Shown: positions 38,133 to 49,589 of the stretch, piece by piece
Layout of the letters: each line of letters opens with the position of its first letter
Numbering within the stretch: position 1 is the first letter of the stretch
Source: an uncultured Bacilli bacterium
Lineage (GTDB): Bacteria > Bacillota_I > Bacilli_A > RF39 > UBA660
Assembly (NCBI GenBank): GCA_934098665.1
Contig: CAKOOO010000004.1
Span: 22,031-86,030 of the forward strand
Reading direction: 5' to 3'
Length of the DNA stretch: 64,000 nt
Position numbers and translations under genes: made by a program
Notes under the pieces: model-generated
Told to the model about the DNA's origin: nothing
The model's database searches: none
The model's input: the letters and a program-made list of their open reading frames with translations, nothing else

Positions 38133-38963
38133 ATGGCTATAAGACATTATAAACCAGTTACAAATGGTAGAAGAGGCATGAGTACTCTTGTTAATGAAGA
38201 AATCACAACAAAAACTCCTACTAAAGGATTACTTGGTAAAGTTAAAAAAACTGGTGGTAGAAATAATCAAGGTAAAATGACTGTTAGACACATTGGTGGT
38301 GGAGCTAAAAGAAAATATCGTGTAATTGATTTTAAAAGAAATAAAATCGGTGTTACAGGTAAAGTTGCAACCATTGAATATGATCCAAACAGAACAGCAA
38401 ATATTGCTTTAATTAACTATAAAGACGGAGAAAAAAGATATATTATTGCTCCAAAAGATTTAAAAGTAGGCGCTATCATTGAAAATGGTGAAAATGCTGA
38501 TATTAAAGTTGGTAATGCATTACCACTTAAAAATATTCCAGTAGGTACACTTGTTCATTGCATAGAACTTAAACCTGGTAAAGGTGCTGAAATTTGCCGT
38601 AGTGCTGGTGCATCTGCTCAAATTCTTGGTAGAGAGGATAAATATGTTCTTCTTAGACTTCAATCTGGAGAAACAAGAAAAGTTCTTGATAGATGTATGG
38701 CAACAATCGGTGTTGTTGGTAATGAAGATGCTAACCTAGTTAATATTGGTAAAGCAGGTAGAACTAGATATCTTGGAATTAGACCTACAAACCGTGGTTC
38801 TGTAATGAACCCTAACGATCACCCACATGGTGGTGGAGAAGGACGTGCTCCAATTGGTAGAAAGAGTCCAATGACTCCTTGGGGTAAACCTGCTCTTGGT
38901 GTTAAAACTAGAAAACCTAAAAAGGCATCTAGTAAACTTATTATAAGTAGGAAGACTAAATAG
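38133..38963 (+). CDS. rplB: 50S ribosomal protein L2
   Basis: [15 protein letters not shown]..., [18 protein letters not shown]. Confidence 0.99.
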   Translation: MAIRHYKPVTNGRRGMSTLVNEEITTKTPTKGLLGKVKKTGGRNNQGKMTVRHIGGGAKRKYRVIDFKRNKIGVTGKVATIEYDPNRTANIALINYKDGEKRYIIAPKDLKVGAIIENGENADIKVGNALPLKNIPVGTLVHCIELKPGKGAEICRSAGASAQILGREDKYVLLRLQSGETRKVLDRCMATIGVVGNEDANLVNIGKAGRTRYLGIRPTNRGSVMNPNDHPHGGGEGRAPIGRKSPMTPWGKPALGVKTRKPKKASSKLIISRKTK

Positions 38964-38972
38964 GGAGGAATA

Positions 38973-39236
38973 ATGGCAAGAAGTTTAAAAAAAGGTGCTT
39001 TCGTTGATGATAGCATTATGAAAAAAATTAATAAATTAAATGAAGAAAATAAAAAATCAGTAGTAAAAACTTGGTCAAGAAGAAGTACTATTTATCCTGA
39101 ATTTGTAGGACATACAATTGCAGTTCATAATGGTAAAGATTTTATACCTGTATATATTACTGAAGAAATGGTTGGTCATAAATTAGGAGAATTTTCACAA
39201 ACTCGTAAATTTACTGGCCATGCTGGAAATAAATAG
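38973..39236 (+). CDS. rpsS: 30S ribosomal protein S19
   Basis: [13 protein letters not shown]...[22 protein letters not shown]. Confidence 0.98.
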   Translation: MARSLKKGAFVDDSIMKKINKLNEENKKSVVKTWSRRSTIYPEFVGHTIAVHNGKDFIPVYITEEMVGHKLGEFSQTRKFTGHAGNK

Positions 39237-39244
39237 GAGGTAAC

Positions 39245-39589
39245 ATGGAAACTTATGCAAAACATAATACTGCAATGATTAAACCTAGACTTGCAAGAAT
39301 GACTATGGATTTAATTCGTGGAAAAGATGTTGAAACTGCAAGAGGAATTCTTGAAAATACTAATACTAAAGCTAGTAGAATGATATTAAAAGTTTTAAAC
39401 TCAGCAGTTGCAAATGCAGTAAATAATAATGGTGCAAATGAAAATGATTTAGTTATTTGTAAATGTTTTATTAATCCAGGACCAATCTACAAGAGAATTC
39501 AATTTGCTTCAAGAGGAAATGTTGATAGACATGATAAAAGAACAAGTCATATTGTAATTTATGTTACTGATAATAAGGAGGCTAAATAA
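39245..39589 (+). CDS. rplV: 50S ribosomal protein L22
   Basis: ..[20 protein letters not shown]; conserved order. Confidence 0.97.
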   Translation: METYAKHNTAMIKPRLARMTMDLIRGKDVETARGILENTNTKASRMILKVLNSAVANAVNNNGANENDLVICKCFINPGPIYKRIQFASRGNVDRHDKRTSHIVIYVTDNKEAK

Positions 39590-39591
39590 TT

Positions 39592-40269
39592 ATGGGACAA
39601 AAAGTTAATCCTATAGGATATCGTATTGGTGTTAATAAAGATTGGGATTCTCGTTGGTATGCTGAAAAAGATTACTCAACTAAATTAATTAACGATATCA
39701 AAATAAGAGAATATATTGAAAAAAATCTTAAAAGTGCTTCTATATCTAAAGTAGTAATTGAAAGAAGAAAAAATAAAGTTGAACTTACAATTTATACTGC
39801 AAGACCTGGTGTTATAATTGGCCGTGGTGGAGAAGATATTGAAAAACTTAGAAAGAAAATTTCTAAACTTGTTAATGAAGAAATTTATATTAACATAGTT
39901 GAAGAAAAGAACCCTGATTTAAATGCTCAACTTGTTGCAGATAATATAGCAATGCAAATTGAAGCTCGTGCACCTTTTAGAAGTGTTCAAAAAAGAGCTA
40001 TTAGAAATACAATGAAAGCTGGTGCTAAAGGTATTAAAACTGCTGTATCAGGAAGACTTGGTGGAGCTGAAATGGCTAGAACTGAAGGCTATACTGAAGG
40101 CACAGTACCTTTACATACAATTAGAGCTGATGTAGATTATGCTACAAGTGAAGCAAATACAATCTACGGAAAAATCGGAGTTAAAGTATGGATTTATAAA
40201 GATGAAATACTTAAAACTAGAAATGTTAAGAAGGGAGAGATGAAAGATGTTAATGCCAAAAAGAACTAA
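39592..40269 (+). CDS. rpsC: 30S ribosomal protein S3
   Basis: [24 protein letters not shown]; KH domain [11 protein letters not shown]. Confidence 0.99.
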   Translation: MGQKVNPIGYRIGVNKDWDSRWYAEKDYSTKLINDIKIREYIEKNLKSASISKVVIERRKNKVELTIYTARPGVIIGRGGEDIEKLRKKISKLVNEEIYINIVEEKNPDLNAQLVADNIAMQIEARAPFRSVQKRAIRNTMKAGAKGIKTAVSGRLGGAEMARTEGYTEGTVPLHTIRADVDYATSEANTIYGKIGVKVWIYKDEILKTRNVKKGEMKDVNAKKN

Positions 40270-40672
40270 ATATCGTAAAAGTCATAGATTAAGTTATGAA
40301 GGCAAAGCAAAAGGAAATCTTACCCTAAATAATGGTGAATTTGGCCTTATGGCTATGGAAGGCGGATGGATTTCTGCTAGACAAATTGAAGCTGCACGTA
40401 TTGCAATGACTCGTTATATGAAACGTGGTGGTAAAGTATATATTAATATATTCCCACATATGCCAAGAACTAGAAAACCTCTAGAAACTAGACAAGGTAA
40501 AGGTAAAGGTAACGTTGAAGAATGGGTAGCAGTTGTAAAACAAGGAAAGATCATGTTTGAAATTAGTGATGTTTCTGAAGAAATTGCTAGAGAAGCTTTA
40601 AGACTTGCTTCTCATAAGCTTTCAATCAAAACTAAATTTGTTATGAAGGAGAGTGAAACTCTTGGAAATTAA
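40247..40672 (+). CDS. rplP: 50S ribosomal protein L16
   Basis: [12 protein letters not shown]....G.A.G; compare Bacillus MLLPKRVKYRR. Confidence 0.98.
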   Translation: MLMPKRTKYRKSHRLSYEGKAKGNLTLNNGEFGLMAMEGGWISARQIEAARIAMTRYMKRGGKVYINIFPHMPRTRKPLETRQGKGKGNVEEWVAVVKQGKIMFEISDVSEEIAREALRLASHKLSIKTKFVMKESETLGN

Positions 40673-40862
40673 TGAAATAAGAAAATTAAGTAATGAAGAT
40701 ATTAAAAAGAAGATCATAGAAGATAAAGAAGAACTATTTAAAAATAGATTAGCTCAATCTTCTGGAACTTTAGAAAAACCTGTAGTTTTAAGACAACTTC
40801 GTAAAGAAATTGCAAGACTTAAAACTGTATTAACAGAAAGAGAAATGGATGGTGAAAACTAA
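40662..40862 (+). CDS. rpmC: 50S ribosomal protein L29
   Basis: (L)[26 protein letters not shown] parallels Bacillus MKANEIRDLTTAEIEQKV. TTG 40662 lies 10 nt after AGGAG (40647-40651); the track's GTG 40653 is too close to the RBS. Confidence 0.93.
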   Translation: MEINEIRKLSNEDIKKKIIEDKEELFKNRLAQSSGTLEKPVVLRQLRKEIARLKTVLTEREMDGEN

Positions 40863-41119
40863 TGGAAAAAGCAAAACAAGAATTAATTGGTAAAGTTGTT
40901 AGTGATAAAAACGATAAAACAATTACTGTTTTAGTAGAAACTTATAAAACACATCCATTATATGGTAAAAGAGTTAAATATTCTAAAAAATATGCTGCTC
41001 ATGATGAAAAGAATGAAGCAAAAGTAGGAGATACAGTTAGAATTTCAATGACTAGACCTTTATCAAAAACTAAAAGATATGAATTAGTTAAAGTTATTGA
41101 AAAAGCTGTAATTTTATAG
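40862..41119 (+). CDS. rpsQ: 30S ribosomal protein S17
   Basis: ..[38 protein letters not shown]. Confidence 0.97.
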   Translation: MEKAKQELIGKVVSDKNDKTITVLVETYKTHPLYGKRVKYSKKYAAHDEKNEAKVGDTVRISMTRPLSKTKRYELVKVIEKAVIL

Positions 41120-41130
41120 GAGGTAATATT

Positions 41131-41499
41131 ATGGTAATGCAAGAAAGTAGATTAAAAGTTGCTGATAACTCTGGTGCAAGAGAACTTTTAGTTATCCGTG
41201 TTATGGGTGGAAGTAAAGTTAAAAGTGCTAATATCGGTGATGTAATCGTTGGTACTGTTAAAAAAGCTATATCTAATAGTCCTGTAAAAGAAGGTAAAGT
41301 TGTAAAAGCAGTTATAGTAAGAACTGTTCAAGGTGTTAGAAGAAAAGATGGAAGTTATATTAAATTTGATGATAACGCTTGCGTATTAATTAAAGATGAT
41401 AAAACTCCAATCGGTACAAGAGTTTTAGGCCCAGTTGCTAGAGAACTTCGTGAAAAAGAATATCACAAAATTGTATCACTTGCACCTGAGGTTTTATAG
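41131..41499 (+). CDS. rplN: 50S ribosomal protein L14
   Basis: [26 protein letters not shown]. Confidence 0.99.
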   Translation: MVMQESRLKVADNSGARELLVIRVMGGSKVKSANIGDVIVGTVKKAISNSPVKEGKVVKAVIVRTVQGVRRKDGSYIKFDDNACVLIKDDKTPIGTRVLGPVARELREKEYHKIVSLAPEVL

Positions 41500-41507
41500 G
41501 AGGATAT

Positions 41508-41816
41508 ATGAAAGTTAAAGTAGGAGATAAAGTATTAGTTATTGCTGGAAAAGACAAAGGTAAAGAAGGCAAAGTAATTAAAACTTATAAAAAATTAGAT
41601 AAAGTTGTTGTTGAGGGTTTAAATATGGTTAAGAAACATTCTAAACCTAGAACTACTGAAGACAAAGGTGGAATATTTGATATTGAAGCACCTATTCATG
41701 TATCTAATGTAAAAGTTATAAACAATAATAAAGAAGAAAAAGCTAAAGTAGTTAAATCTGAAGCAAAGAAAGAAACTTCAAAAAAGAAAACTACTAGCAA
41801 AAAGGAAGCAAAGTAG
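41508..41816 (+). CDS. rplX: 50S ribosomal protein L24 (with Lys-rich C-terminal tail)
   Basis: [23 protein letters not shown] (KOW motif); conserved order. Confidence 0.97.
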   Translation: MKVKVGDKVLVIAGKDKGKEGKVIKTYKKLDKVVVEGLNMVKKHSKPRTTEDKGGIFDIEAPIHVSNVKVINNNKEEKAKVVKSEAKKETSKKKTTSKKEAK

Positions 41817-41823
41817 GTGAATT

Positions 41824-42363
41824 ATGAGTAATTTTAAAACTTTATATGAAAAAGAAATAAAAAATAGTTTAATGAAGGAATATAATTATACTACTGTAAT
41901 GCAAGTTCCTAAAATCACTAAAATCGTAATTAATATGGGTGTTGGTGAAGGCGCTAATGATTCTAAATTCATTGATGCTGCAGTAAAAGATTTAACTTTA
42001 ATTGCTGGTCAAAAACCTGTAGTTACTAAAGCTCATAAATCAATTGCTGGTTTTAAATTAAGAGAGGGACAACCTATTGGTGTTAAAGTAACTCTTCGTG
42101 GTGAAAATATGTATGCTTTCTTAGAAAAATTAATTAAGATTGCACTTCCTCGTGTTAGAGATTTCAGAGGTGTATCACCAAAAAGTTTTGATGGTAAAGG
42201 AAACTTTACTATGGGAGTTAAAGAACAACTTATATTCCCTGAAATAAATTATGACGATGTTTTAAAAGTTAGAGGAATGGATATTGTTATTGTAACAACT
42301 GCAAAATCTAATGATGAAGCACGTTCATTACTAAAAGCATTTGGAATGCCTTTTAGAGGATAA
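41824..42363 (+). CDS. rplE: 50S ribosomal protein L5
   Basis: ..[18 protein letters not shown]...[20 protein letters not shown]. Confidence 0.98.
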   Translation: MSNFKTLYEKEIKNSLMKEYNYTTVMQVPKITKIVINMGVGEGANDSKFIDAAVKDLTLIAGQKPVVTKAHKSIAGFKLREGQPIGVKVTLRGENMYAFLEKLIKIALPRVRDFRGVSPKSFDGKGNFTMGVKEQLIFPEINYDDVLKVRGMDIVIVTTAKSNDEARSLLKAFGMPFRG

Positions 42364-42375
42364 GGAGAGTAAAAT

Positions 42376-42561
42376 ATGGCAAAAACAAGTATGATTGTAA
42401 AAAATAATCGTAAACCTAAATTTCAAGTTAGAGCTTATACTAGATGCAAAAGATGTGGTAGACCTCATGGTGTACTAAGAAAATTTGGATTATGTCGTAT
42501 TTGCTTCAGAGAACTTGCTAATAAAGGACAAATTCCAGGCGTTAAGAAGTCTAGTTGGTAG
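42376..42561 (+). CDS. rpsN: 30S ribosomal protein S14 type Z (zinc-binding, 61 aa)
   Basis: [46 protein letters not shown]; CxxC...CxxC. Confidence 0.98.
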   Translation: MAKTSMIVKNNRKPKFQVRAYTRCKRCGRPHGVLRKFGLCRICFRELANKGQIPGVKKSSW

Positions 42562-42576
42562 AAAGGAGATATAATA

Positions 42577-42975
42577 ATGTTTGTACAAGATAAAATAGCA
42601 GATATGCTAACAAGAATAAGAAATGCAAATCAAATGAGATACACTGAAGTTGAAGTTGAAGGAACTAAAATGACTAAAGGTATTGCTGAAATTCTTAAAA
42701 ATGAAGGTTATATTGCTGATTACAAATATACAAAAAATAGTAACGGTGATAAAATGACTTTAACTTTAAAATATGGAAATAAAAAAGAAAGAGTTATTAC
42801 TGGATTAAAAAGAATTAGTAAATCAGGTTTAAGAGTTTATGCTCAAGCTGATAAACTTCCTAGAGTATTAAATGGTTTAGGAATTGCAATTATATCTACT
42901 TCTCAAGGCTTAATGACTGATAAAGAAGCTAGAGAAAAAGGGTTAGGAGGTGAAGTACTTGCCTATATTTGGTAA
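42577..42975 (+). CDS. rpsH: 30S ribosomal protein S8
   Basis: [13 protein letters not shown]....; ends GGEVLAYIW. Confidence 0.98.
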   Translation: MFVQDKIADMLTRIRNANQMRYTEVEVEGTKMTKGIAEILKNEGYIADYKYTKNSNGDKMTLTLKYGNKKERVITGLKRISKSGLRVYAQADKLPRVLNGLGIAIISTSQGLMTDKEAREKGLGGEVLAYIW

Positions 42976-42982
42976 GTAGTCT

Positions 42983-43522
42983 ATGAGTAGAATTGGTAAT
43001 AGAAAACTAACTATCCCAGAGGGTGTTGAAGTTAATGTTAATGGAAATTTAATTACTGTTAAAGGTAATAAAGGTACACTTTCTTTAGAAGTAAACCCTC
43101 TTGTTGAAGTTAAAGTTAACGGAAATGAAATTGAAACTATTAAAACAAAAGATACAAAAGAAGCAAATATATTATCTGGAACAACTAATTCAAATATAGA
43201 TAATATGCTAATTGGCGTTAGTGCTGGTTATACAAAAGATTTAGAAGCAGTTGGTGTTGGATATCGTTTCAGTGTATCTGGAAATAAAATTGTTGTTTCA
43301 GCAGGTTATTCACACACTATTGATGTTACCATTCCTGAAGGAATAACAGTTACTAGTCCATCTAATACTGAATTAAGTATTAATGGATATGATAAACAAA
43401 AAGTTTCTGAATTTGCGGCAAATATTCGTAAAATACGTGAACCAGAGCCATATAAAGGTAAAGGTATTCGTTATAAAGGTGAACATATTCGTCGTAAAGA
43501 AGGAAAGAAAGCAGCTAAATAA
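42983..43522 (+). CDS. rplF: 50S ribosomal protein L6
   Basis: MSRIGNRKLTIPEGVEVNV...; EPYKGKGIRYKGEHIRRKEGK. Confidence 0.98.
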   Translation: MSRIGNRKLTIPEGVEVNVNGNLITVKGNKGTLSLEVNPLVEVKVNGNEIETIKTKDTKEANILSGTTNSNIDNMLIGVSAGYTKDLEAVGVGYRFSVSGNKIVVSAGYSHTIDVTIPEGITVTSPSNTELSINGYDKQKVSEFAANIRKIREPEPYKGKGIRYKGEHIRRKEGKKAAK

Positions 43523-43536
43523 AGGAGTAATGTGTT

Positions 43537-43890
43537 ATGAATAATAAAGAAAAAAGAGAAGCAAGATTAAGAAGACATGTTAGAGTTAGAAAAAATGTTT
43601 CTGGCTCTAGCGAAATTCCTAGATTAAATGTTTTTAGATCAAATAAAGCTATATATGCACAAGTTATTGATGACGTTAAAAAAACTACTTTAGTTAGCTC
43701 ATCAACTCTTGAACTAAAAATTAAAAATGGTGGTAATATCGAAGCAGCAAAAGCTGTAGGAAAAGATATTGCTGAAAAATGCAAAAAAGCAAAAATTACT
43801 AAAGTTGTATTTGACCGTGGTGGTTTCTTATATCATGGAAGAGTTGCAGCTCTAGCCGATGCTGCTCGAGAAGCAGGATTAGAATTTTAA
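43537..43890 (+). CDS. rplR: 50S ribosomal protein L18
   Basis: ..[14 protein letters not shown]....[18 protein letters not shown]; [24 protein letters not shown]. Confidence 0.98.
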   Translation: MNNKEKREARLRRHVRVRKNVSGSSEIPRLNVFRSNKAIYAQVIDDVKKTTLVSSSTLELKIKNGGNIEAAKAVGKDIAEKCKKAKITKVVFDRGGFLYHGRVAALADAAREAGLEF

Positions 43891-43899
43891 GGAGGCATT

Positions 43900-44403
43900 A
43901 TGGCAAAAGATTTTGATAATAAGAAAAACAATTTACTTGAAGAAAAAGTTATTAACATTGGTAGAGTTACAAAAGTTACTCAAGGTGGTAGGCATTTTAG
44001 ATTTTCCGCTACAGTTGCTGTTGGTAACCGTAAAGGATTAATCGGTATTGGTACTGGTAAAGCTAATGAAGTTCCAGAAGCTATCAAAAAAGCTTTACAA
44101 GCTGCTAATAAAAATGTTGTTAAAATATCACTTGTTGATAATAGAACAATTCCTCATGAAGCTACTTACAAAGTTGGTAGAGCAGTAGTACTTTTAAAAC
44201 CTGCAAAAGAAGGTCGTGGAATTATTGCTGGCGGTGCTGCCAGAGCAGTACTAGAACTTGCTGGTGTTAAAGATATTGTTGCTAAATCATTAGGTAGCAA
44301 TACTCAAGTTAACGTTGCTAAAGCAACTTTAGGTGCTCTTTCAATGCAAAGAACTAAAGAACATATTGCTGAATTAAGAGGCAAGAAAGTTGAGGAATTA
44401 TAA
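43900..44403 (+). CDS. rpsE: 30S ribosomal protein S5
   Basis: [43 protein letters not shown]. Confidence 0.98.
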   Translation: MAKDFDNKKNNLLEEKVINIGRVTKVTQGGRHFRFSATVAVGNRKGLIGIGTGKANEVPEAIKKALQAANKNVVKISLVDNRTIPHEATYKVGRAVVLLKPAKEGRGIIAGGAARAVLELAGVKDIVAKSLGSNTQVNVAKATLGALSMQRTKEHIAELRGKKVEEL

Positions 44404-44846
44404 TGAGACTAGAAAATTTACCAAAAACTAGCGAAATGAAAGCTAGAAAAAGAGTTGGTAGAGGCCCAGGAAGTGGAATGGGTAAAACTTCAACTCGTGG
44501 GGAAAACGGACAAAAATCTAGAAGTGGTGCTTCAATTAAACCTTGGTTCCAAGGTGGACAATCACCACTTTACAGAAGAATTCCTAAAAGAGGATTTAAC
44601 AATTCAAATTTTGCTAATAGATTTGCAACAATTAATTTATCAGATTTAAATAGATACTTTAATGATGGTGATGTTGTTACTCCTGAAGTATTATTTGAAA
44701 AAAGAATTCTTAAAAAGGGATTAAATGGAGTTAAAGTTTTAGGAAATGGTACTTTAGAAAAGAAATTAACGATTAAAGCACATCGTTTTACAAGTGCCGC
44801 AGTTACTAAAATTAATGATGCTGGTGGTAAAGCAGAGGTGATTTAA
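44403..44846 (+). CDS. rplO: 50S ribosomal protein L15
   Basis: RKRVGRGPGSGMGKTSTRGENGQKSRSG. Its start overlaps the rpsE stop (TAATG), so no L30 gene lies in between. Confidence 0.98.
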   Translation: MRLENLPKTSEMKARKRVGRGPGSGMGKTSTRGENGQKSRSGASIKPWFQGGQSPLYRRIPKRGFNNSNFANRFATINLSDLNRYFNDGDVVTPEVLFEKRILKKGLNGVKVLGNGTLEKKLTIKAHRFTSAAVTKINDAGGKAEVI

Positions 44847-44847
44847 A

Positions 44848-46110
44848 ATGTTTCGTGGTTTTTCAGGATTTTTTAGTAAAAGTAATAAAGACTTAAGAAA
44901 AAAAATCTATTTTACGTTAATGTGTTTAGGAATATTTTGTTTAGGAACAACAATAACTATTCCTTGGGCATCAGCAGTATATGAAGAACTAGGTTTTCTA
45001 GAAATATTTAATGTAATGAGTGGTGGAGGACTTTCAAATTTTTCTATATTTGCTTTAGGTGTTTCACCTTACATTACAGCCTCTATTATTACCGAAATTT
45101 TACAAATGGATATTGTACCATATTTTAAAGATCTTAAAGATCAAGGTTATACTGGTAGACAAAAAATCAATAAAATAACTAGATACTTAGGAATTGCTAT
45201 CGCCTTTTTACAAGCTTATGCATTAACAGCCTTTTATATGAAAGGGTTAGATGCAATGCAGATAATTAAAACTACACTTGTAATGGTAGCAGGAACTTCA
45301 TTTTGTATGTGGATGGGAGATCAAATTACTAATAAAGGAATTGGTAATGGACAGTCAATGCTTATAATGGCTGGTATTATTCAAAGTATGCCAAACATTT
45401 TTAGAGGTGCATTTGCATCTTTAGTACTGGGAAATTATTCAAAAGGTGTTGGTATTACCTTATTTAGTTTGTTTGTTCTTGTATATATAGTCGTTATAGT
45501 TGGTATTATTTGGGTTCAGCTTGCTGAAAGAAGAATTCCAATTCAATATTCGAATAGAACTACATCTGCTTATGGAGCCCAAACTAATTATTTACCATTA
45601 AAAATTAATTCTGCTAGCGTAATTCCAGTTATTTTTGCATCAATTGTTACAACAATACCCTCAACTATCGTTACTTTAATTGGAAAACAAGGTGCAATTG
45701 ATTTTGTAAACAAATATATTATATACACTTCTAATACTGGATTTATATTATATTTATTATTAATAGTTGTATTTTGCTACTTCTATACATTCCTTGTTAT
45801 GAATCCAGAGGAAATGAGTAAAAATTTAAATGAAAATGGTGGATATATTCCTGGTATAAGACCGGGAACGGATACATCTAATTATATTAGTGCTTCACTA
45901 TCAAAACTTACTTTAGTTGGTTCATTATTCTTAATAGTTTTAGCTGGAATGCCAATTCTATTATCAAAACTTACTTCACTTCCATCATATGTTACAATAG
46001 GTGGAACTGGTATTTTAATAGTGGTTGGTGTTGCAATTGAAACTTATAAACAACTTGAAAGCAGTTTAGTTAGTAGAAGTTATACTTCTAAAAGGAAGAG
46101 ATTAAAATGA
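44848..46110 (+). CDS. secY: Preprotein translocase subunit SecY
   Basis: 420-aa polytopic protein. ..FALGVSPYITASII.EIL....P and GNGQSMLIMAGI; conserved position after rplO. Confidence 0.97.
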   Translation: MFRGFSGFFSKSNKDLRKKIYFTLMCLGIFCLGTTITIPWASAVYEELGFLEIFNVMSGGGLSNFSIFALGVSPYITASIITEILQMDIVPYFKDLKDQGYTGRQKINKITRYLGIAIAFLQAYALTAFYMKGLDAMQIIKTTLVMVAGTSFCMWMGDQITNKGIGNGQSMLIMAGIIQSMPNIFRGAFASLVLGNYSKGVGITLFSLFVLVYIVVIVGIIWVQLAERRIPIQYSNRTTSAYGAQTNYLPLKINSASVIPVIFASIVTTIPSTIVTLIGKQGAIDFVNKYIIYTSNTGFILYLLLIVVFCYFYTFLVMNPEEMSKNLNENGGYIPGIRPGTDTSNYISASLSKLTLVGSLFLIVLAGMPILLSKLTSLPSYVTIGGTGILIVVGVAIETYKQLESSLVSRSYTSKRKRLK

Positions 46111-46751
46111 AAAATATAATTTTTTTAGCTCCTCCCGCTGCGGGCAAAGGAACTTGTAGTGAAATTTTAAAAAGCACTTATGATTATGAACATATTTCTA
46201 CTGGGGCTATATTAAGAAGTGAAATTGATTCTTCTAGTAGCCTCGGGCTTGAAATAAAATCTGTAATTGACAGTGGAAATCTTGTAAGTGATGAATTAAT
46301 GATTAACTTAATTGAAGAAAGACTTTCAAATAATCAAAAAAAATTCATTTTAGATGGATTTCCTAGAACACTCAATCAAGCTAAAAAATTAAATGAACTA
46401 TTTAATAAGCTTGATATTAGTAATTATGTTGTTATTTATTTAAATATAGAGTATGATCTTGCTTTAAAACGAACACTTGGAAGAATTACTTGTGATAAAT
46501 GTGGAAAAAGTTATAATACTTTCTTTGAAGGATACAAACCTAAAATTGATGGTATATGTGATAATTGTAATACTCCACTTAAAAAACGTGGTGATGACAA
46601 CGAAGTAAGTTTTAAAAATAGATTTGAAACATATTTAAAAAATACTTATCCAATTTTAGATTATTATAAAAAAATTGGTAAGGTTAGAGAAATTAGTATT
46701 GATAATAATGTAGATTTATTTTCAGCATTAAAGGAGATAGTTAGTGATTAA
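46107..46751 (+). CDS. adk: Adenylate kinase (zinc-lid type)
   Basis: IIFLAPPAAGKGT, ILDGFPRT, and lid CDKCGKSYN...CDNCNTPLKKRGDD. Confidence 0.96.
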   Translation: MKNIIFLAPPAAGKGTCSEILKSTYDYEHISTGAILRSEIDSSSSLGLEIKSVIDSGNLVSDELMINLIEERLSNNQKKFILDGFPRTLNQAKKLNELFNKLDISNYVVIYLNIEYDLALKRTLGRITCDKCGKSYNTFFEGYKPKIDGICDNCNTPLKKRGDDNEVSFKNRFETYLKNTYPILDYYKKIGKVREISIDNNVDLFSALKEIVSD

Positions 46752-47490
46752 CATTAAAAGTCAAAGAGAAATTGCACTTATGAAAGAAGCCGGTCATATA
46801 AACTTTCTTGCTCATGAAGAAATAAAGAAAAATATAAGACCAAATATTACTACTGGTGACTTGAATAATATTGTTCATGAATTTATTAGAAATCATGATG
46901 CTATCCCTTCGGAACTTAATTATGAAGGTTTTCCAAAAAGCGTATGTTTATCAGTTAATGATGAAGTTGTTCATGGAATTCCTGATAATCGAAAACTAAA
47001 AAATGGCGATATCTTAAAAGTTGACTTAACTGTAAGATATAAAGGTTATGAAAGCGATAGTGCTAGAACTTATATTGTTGGAAATGCTAAATCAAAAGAA
47101 GATGAAGATCTGGTAAATGATACAAAAGGTGCATTATATGCAGGCTTAAGCGTAGTAAAAGATGGTGTAAAGTTATCACTTGTTGGTAAAACTATTGAAG
47201 ACTATGCACATAATCATAGGCTTTCAGTTGTTGAAGATCTTGTTGGACATGGAATTGGCACTCAAATGCATGAAGATCCTGATGTCCCAAATTTTTATAC
47301 AAATACAAATGTTATTTTAAAAGAAGGAATGACTATTTGTATTGAACCAATGCTTAATTTAGGAACTAAAGAAGTTTATGTCGATGATAATGACTGGACA
47401 ATTAAAACTTTAGATGGAAAAAATAGTGCTCATTTTGAGCATACAATTGTAGTTACTAAAAATGGATATGAAATATTAACGGGAGAGTGA
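46744..47490 (+). CDS. map: Type I methionine aminopeptidase
   Basis: [20 protein letters not shown], metal ligands D..D..H..E..E (VDLTV...SDSARTY, GHGIG, CIEPM, HFEHTIV). GTG start after AGGAGA. Confidence 0.95.
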   Translation: MINIKSQREIALMKEAGHINFLAHEEIKKNIRPNITTGDLNNIVHEFIRNHDAIPSELNYEGFPKSVCLSVNDEVVHGIPDNRKLKNGDILKVDLTVRYKGYESDSARTYIVGNAKSKEDEDLVNDTKGALYAGLSVVKDGVKLSLVGKTIEDYAHNHRLSVVEDLVGHGIGTQMHEDPDVPNFYTNTNVILKEGMTICIEPMLNLGTKEVYVDDNDWTIKTLDGKNSAHFEHTIVVTKNGYEILTGE

Positions 47491-47497
47491 AAAAATT

Positions 47498-47722
47498 ATG
47501 GCTAATAAAAAAAATGATAAAATAGAAGTGGAAGGCAAAGTAACGGAAGTTTTAAAGGGTAGTGATTATTTAGTTGAACTATCAAATGGACATACTGTAA
47601 AAGCCTACGTTTCTGGTAAAATGCGTATTAACATGATACGTATCTTACCAGGTGATACCGTTACAGTAGAACTTTCGCCTTATGATTTAACACGTGGGAT
47701 AATTACATGGAATAAAAGATAG
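47498..47722 (+). CDS. infA: Translation initiation factor IF-1
   Basis: [30 protein letters not shown]...[19 protein letters not shown]. Confidence 0.98.
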   Translation: MANKKNDKIEVEGKVTEVLKGSDYLVELSNGHTVKAYVSGKMRINMIRILPGDTVTVELSPYDLTRGIITWNKR

Positions 47723-47731
47723 GAGGAAATT

Positions 47732-47845
47732 ATGAAAGTTAGACCATCTGTAAAAAAGATATGTAAAAAATGTAAAGTAATAAGAAGAAAAGGAAAAGTT
47801 ATGGTTATTTGTAATAACCCTAAACATAAACAAGTTCAAGGATAA
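47732..47845 (+). CDS. rpmJ: 50S ribosomal protein L36 (not in the supplied ORF track)
   Basis: Hand-translated as [46 protein letters not shown] at 47721-47726. Zinc-ribbon C..C...C....H. Confidence 0.95.
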   Translation: MKVRPSVKKICKKCKVIRRKGKVMVICNNPKHKQVQG

Positions 47846-47855
47846 GGAGTAAAAA

Positions 47856-48230
47856 ATGGCAAGAATTAAAAATATTGAATTACCTAATGAAAAACAAACT
47901 TGGATTGGACTTACTGCAATCTATGGAATAGGTAGAAATTTAGGTAAAACTATTTGTAAAAATGCAAATGTTGAAGAAACTAAAAAAATAAAAGATTTAA
48001 CTGAAGACGAAATTGCAGCACTTCGTAAAGAAGTTGACAAAGCGACTACTGAAGGTGATCTTCGTCGTGAAGTTCAAATGAATATTAAAAATAAAATGGA
48101 AATGAATTCTTATCAAGGTATAAGACATAAAAAAGGTCTTCCTGTAAGAGGACAAAGAACAAGTCGCAACGCTCGTACTAGAAAAGGTAGGGGAAAAGTT
48201 GTAGCTAATAAGAAAAAGGTTTCAAAGTAG
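47856..48230 (+). CDS. rpsM: 30S ribosomal protein S13
   Basis: MARI.NIELP..K......LT.IYGIGR.....I; ..[16 protein letters not shown]. Confidence 0.98.
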   Translation: MARIKNIELPNEKQTWIGLTAIYGIGRNLGKTICKNANVEETKKIKDLTEDEIAALRKEVDKATTEGDLRREVQMNIKNKMEMNSYQGIRHKKGLPVRGQRTSRNARTRKGRGKVVANKKKVSK

Positions 48231-48240
48231 GTGAGAAAAT

Positions 48241-48624
48241 ATGGCATATAATAGAAGAAAGAAGAAAAATAAAATTACTGTTACAGAAGCAGAAGCTCAT
48301 ATTCATGCAACATATAACAATACTATTGTAACAATTTGTGATCATAATGGTAATGCAATAAGCTGGTCATCCGCTGGAAGAATTGGTTATAAAGGAAGTA
48401 AAAAGAAAACTCCTTTTGCTGCTGGACTTTCTGCTGAAGCTGCTGCAAATGCTGCTAAAGACCAAGGTGTTGTAAAAGTTGATGTTTATGTTAAAGGTTT
48501 AGGGCCAGGAAGAGAAAATGCTATTCGTAGTATTCAAACAGCTGGACTTGAAATTACAAGTATAACTGATGAAACACCAGTTCCACACAATGGTTGTAGA
48601 CCACCAAAAAGACCAAGAAATTAA
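48241..48624 (+). CDS. rpsK: 30S ribosomal protein S11
   Basis: ..[36 protein letters not shown]; ..[18 protein letters not shown]. Confidence 0.98.
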   Translation: MAYNRRKKKNKITVTEAEAHIHATYNNTIVTICDHNGNAISWSSAGRIGYKGSKKKTPFAAGLSAEAAANAAKDQGVVKVDVYVKGLGPGRENAIRSIQTAGLEITSITDETPVPHNGCRPPKRPRN

Positions 48625-48641
48625 TAAAAGGGAGGGTAATT

Positions 48642-49586
48642 ATGATAAAATTTGAAAAACCAGAATACAAAATTTCAGAATATAATGAAACTAGTAATTA
48701 TGGTAAATTTGAACTAGAACCACTTGAAAGAGGTTTTGGTACTACTATTGGAAATGCACTTAGAAGAGTTTTACTATCAAGCTTACCAGGATCAAGCGTT
48801 ACTTCAATTAAAATTGATGGTGTAATGCATGAATTCCAAAAAATTGATGGAATTGTTGAAGACGTAACTCAAATCGTTTTAAATATCAAAAAGTTAGTTG
48901 TAAAAAATCATACAGAAGAAGTTAAAACATTACATCTATTTGCTAATACTGAAGGTCCAGTAACTGCTGATATGATCGATAAAAATGCTGATGTTGATAT
49001 AATTAATCCAGATTTAGTTATTTGTAACCTTGTTAAAGGTGGCAAAATTGATATGGAATTAACTATTCAAAACGGTAGAGGTTATGTTGAAGCTAAAGTA
49101 AATAAACAAAACATGAAAGAAATAAAAGTTGGTGTAATCCCAGTAGATTCAAATTATTCACCAATAGAACTTGTTAAATATGAGGTTTTAGATACTAGAG
49201 TTGGTCAAGATGAAACATATGATAAACTTGTTATGGAAATTACTACAAATGGTAGTATGACTCCAGAAGAAGCTATGGCATTATCTGCTAAAATATTGGG
49301 TGAACATTTTGCTATTGTAGCAGATTTAAATAGTATTAGTAATATAGCTGGTATAATGCAAGAAAAACAAGTTGATAGTAAAGCAAAAACATTAGAAACA
49401 CCAATTGAAGAAGTAGAATTTTCAGTTAGAGCATTTAACTGCTTAAAAAGACATGGTATTCATACTCTTCAAGATCTTGTTAACATGAAAGAAGTTGAAG
49501 TTACTAAAATCAGAAATTTAGGTAAAAAATCTTTAAAAGAAGTTATCGATAAAGTTGCTGATTTAGGACTAGAGTTTAAGGAGTAA
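48642..49586 (+). CDS. rpoA: DNA-directed RNA polymerase subunit alpha
   Basis: ..YGKFELEPLERGFGTTIGNALRRVLLSSLPG...; C-terminal domain ..EFSVRAFNCLKR.GI.TL.DLV. Confidence 0.98.
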   Translation: MIKFEKPEYKISEYNETSNYGKFELEPLERGFGTTIGNALRRVLLSSLPGSSVTSIKIDGVMHEFQKIDGIVEDVTQIVLNIKKLVVKNHTEEVKTLHLFANTEGPVTADMIDKNADVDIINPDLVICNLVKGGKIDMELTIQNGRGYVEAKVNKQNMKEIKVGVIPVDSNYSPIELVKYEVLDTRVGQDETYDKLVMEITTNGSMTPEEAMALSAKILGEHFAIVADLNSISNIAGIMQEKQVDSKAKTLETPIEEVEFSVRAFNCLKRHGIHTLQDLVNMKEVEVTKIRNLGKKSLKEVIDKVADLGLEFKE

Positions 49587-49589
49587 AAT

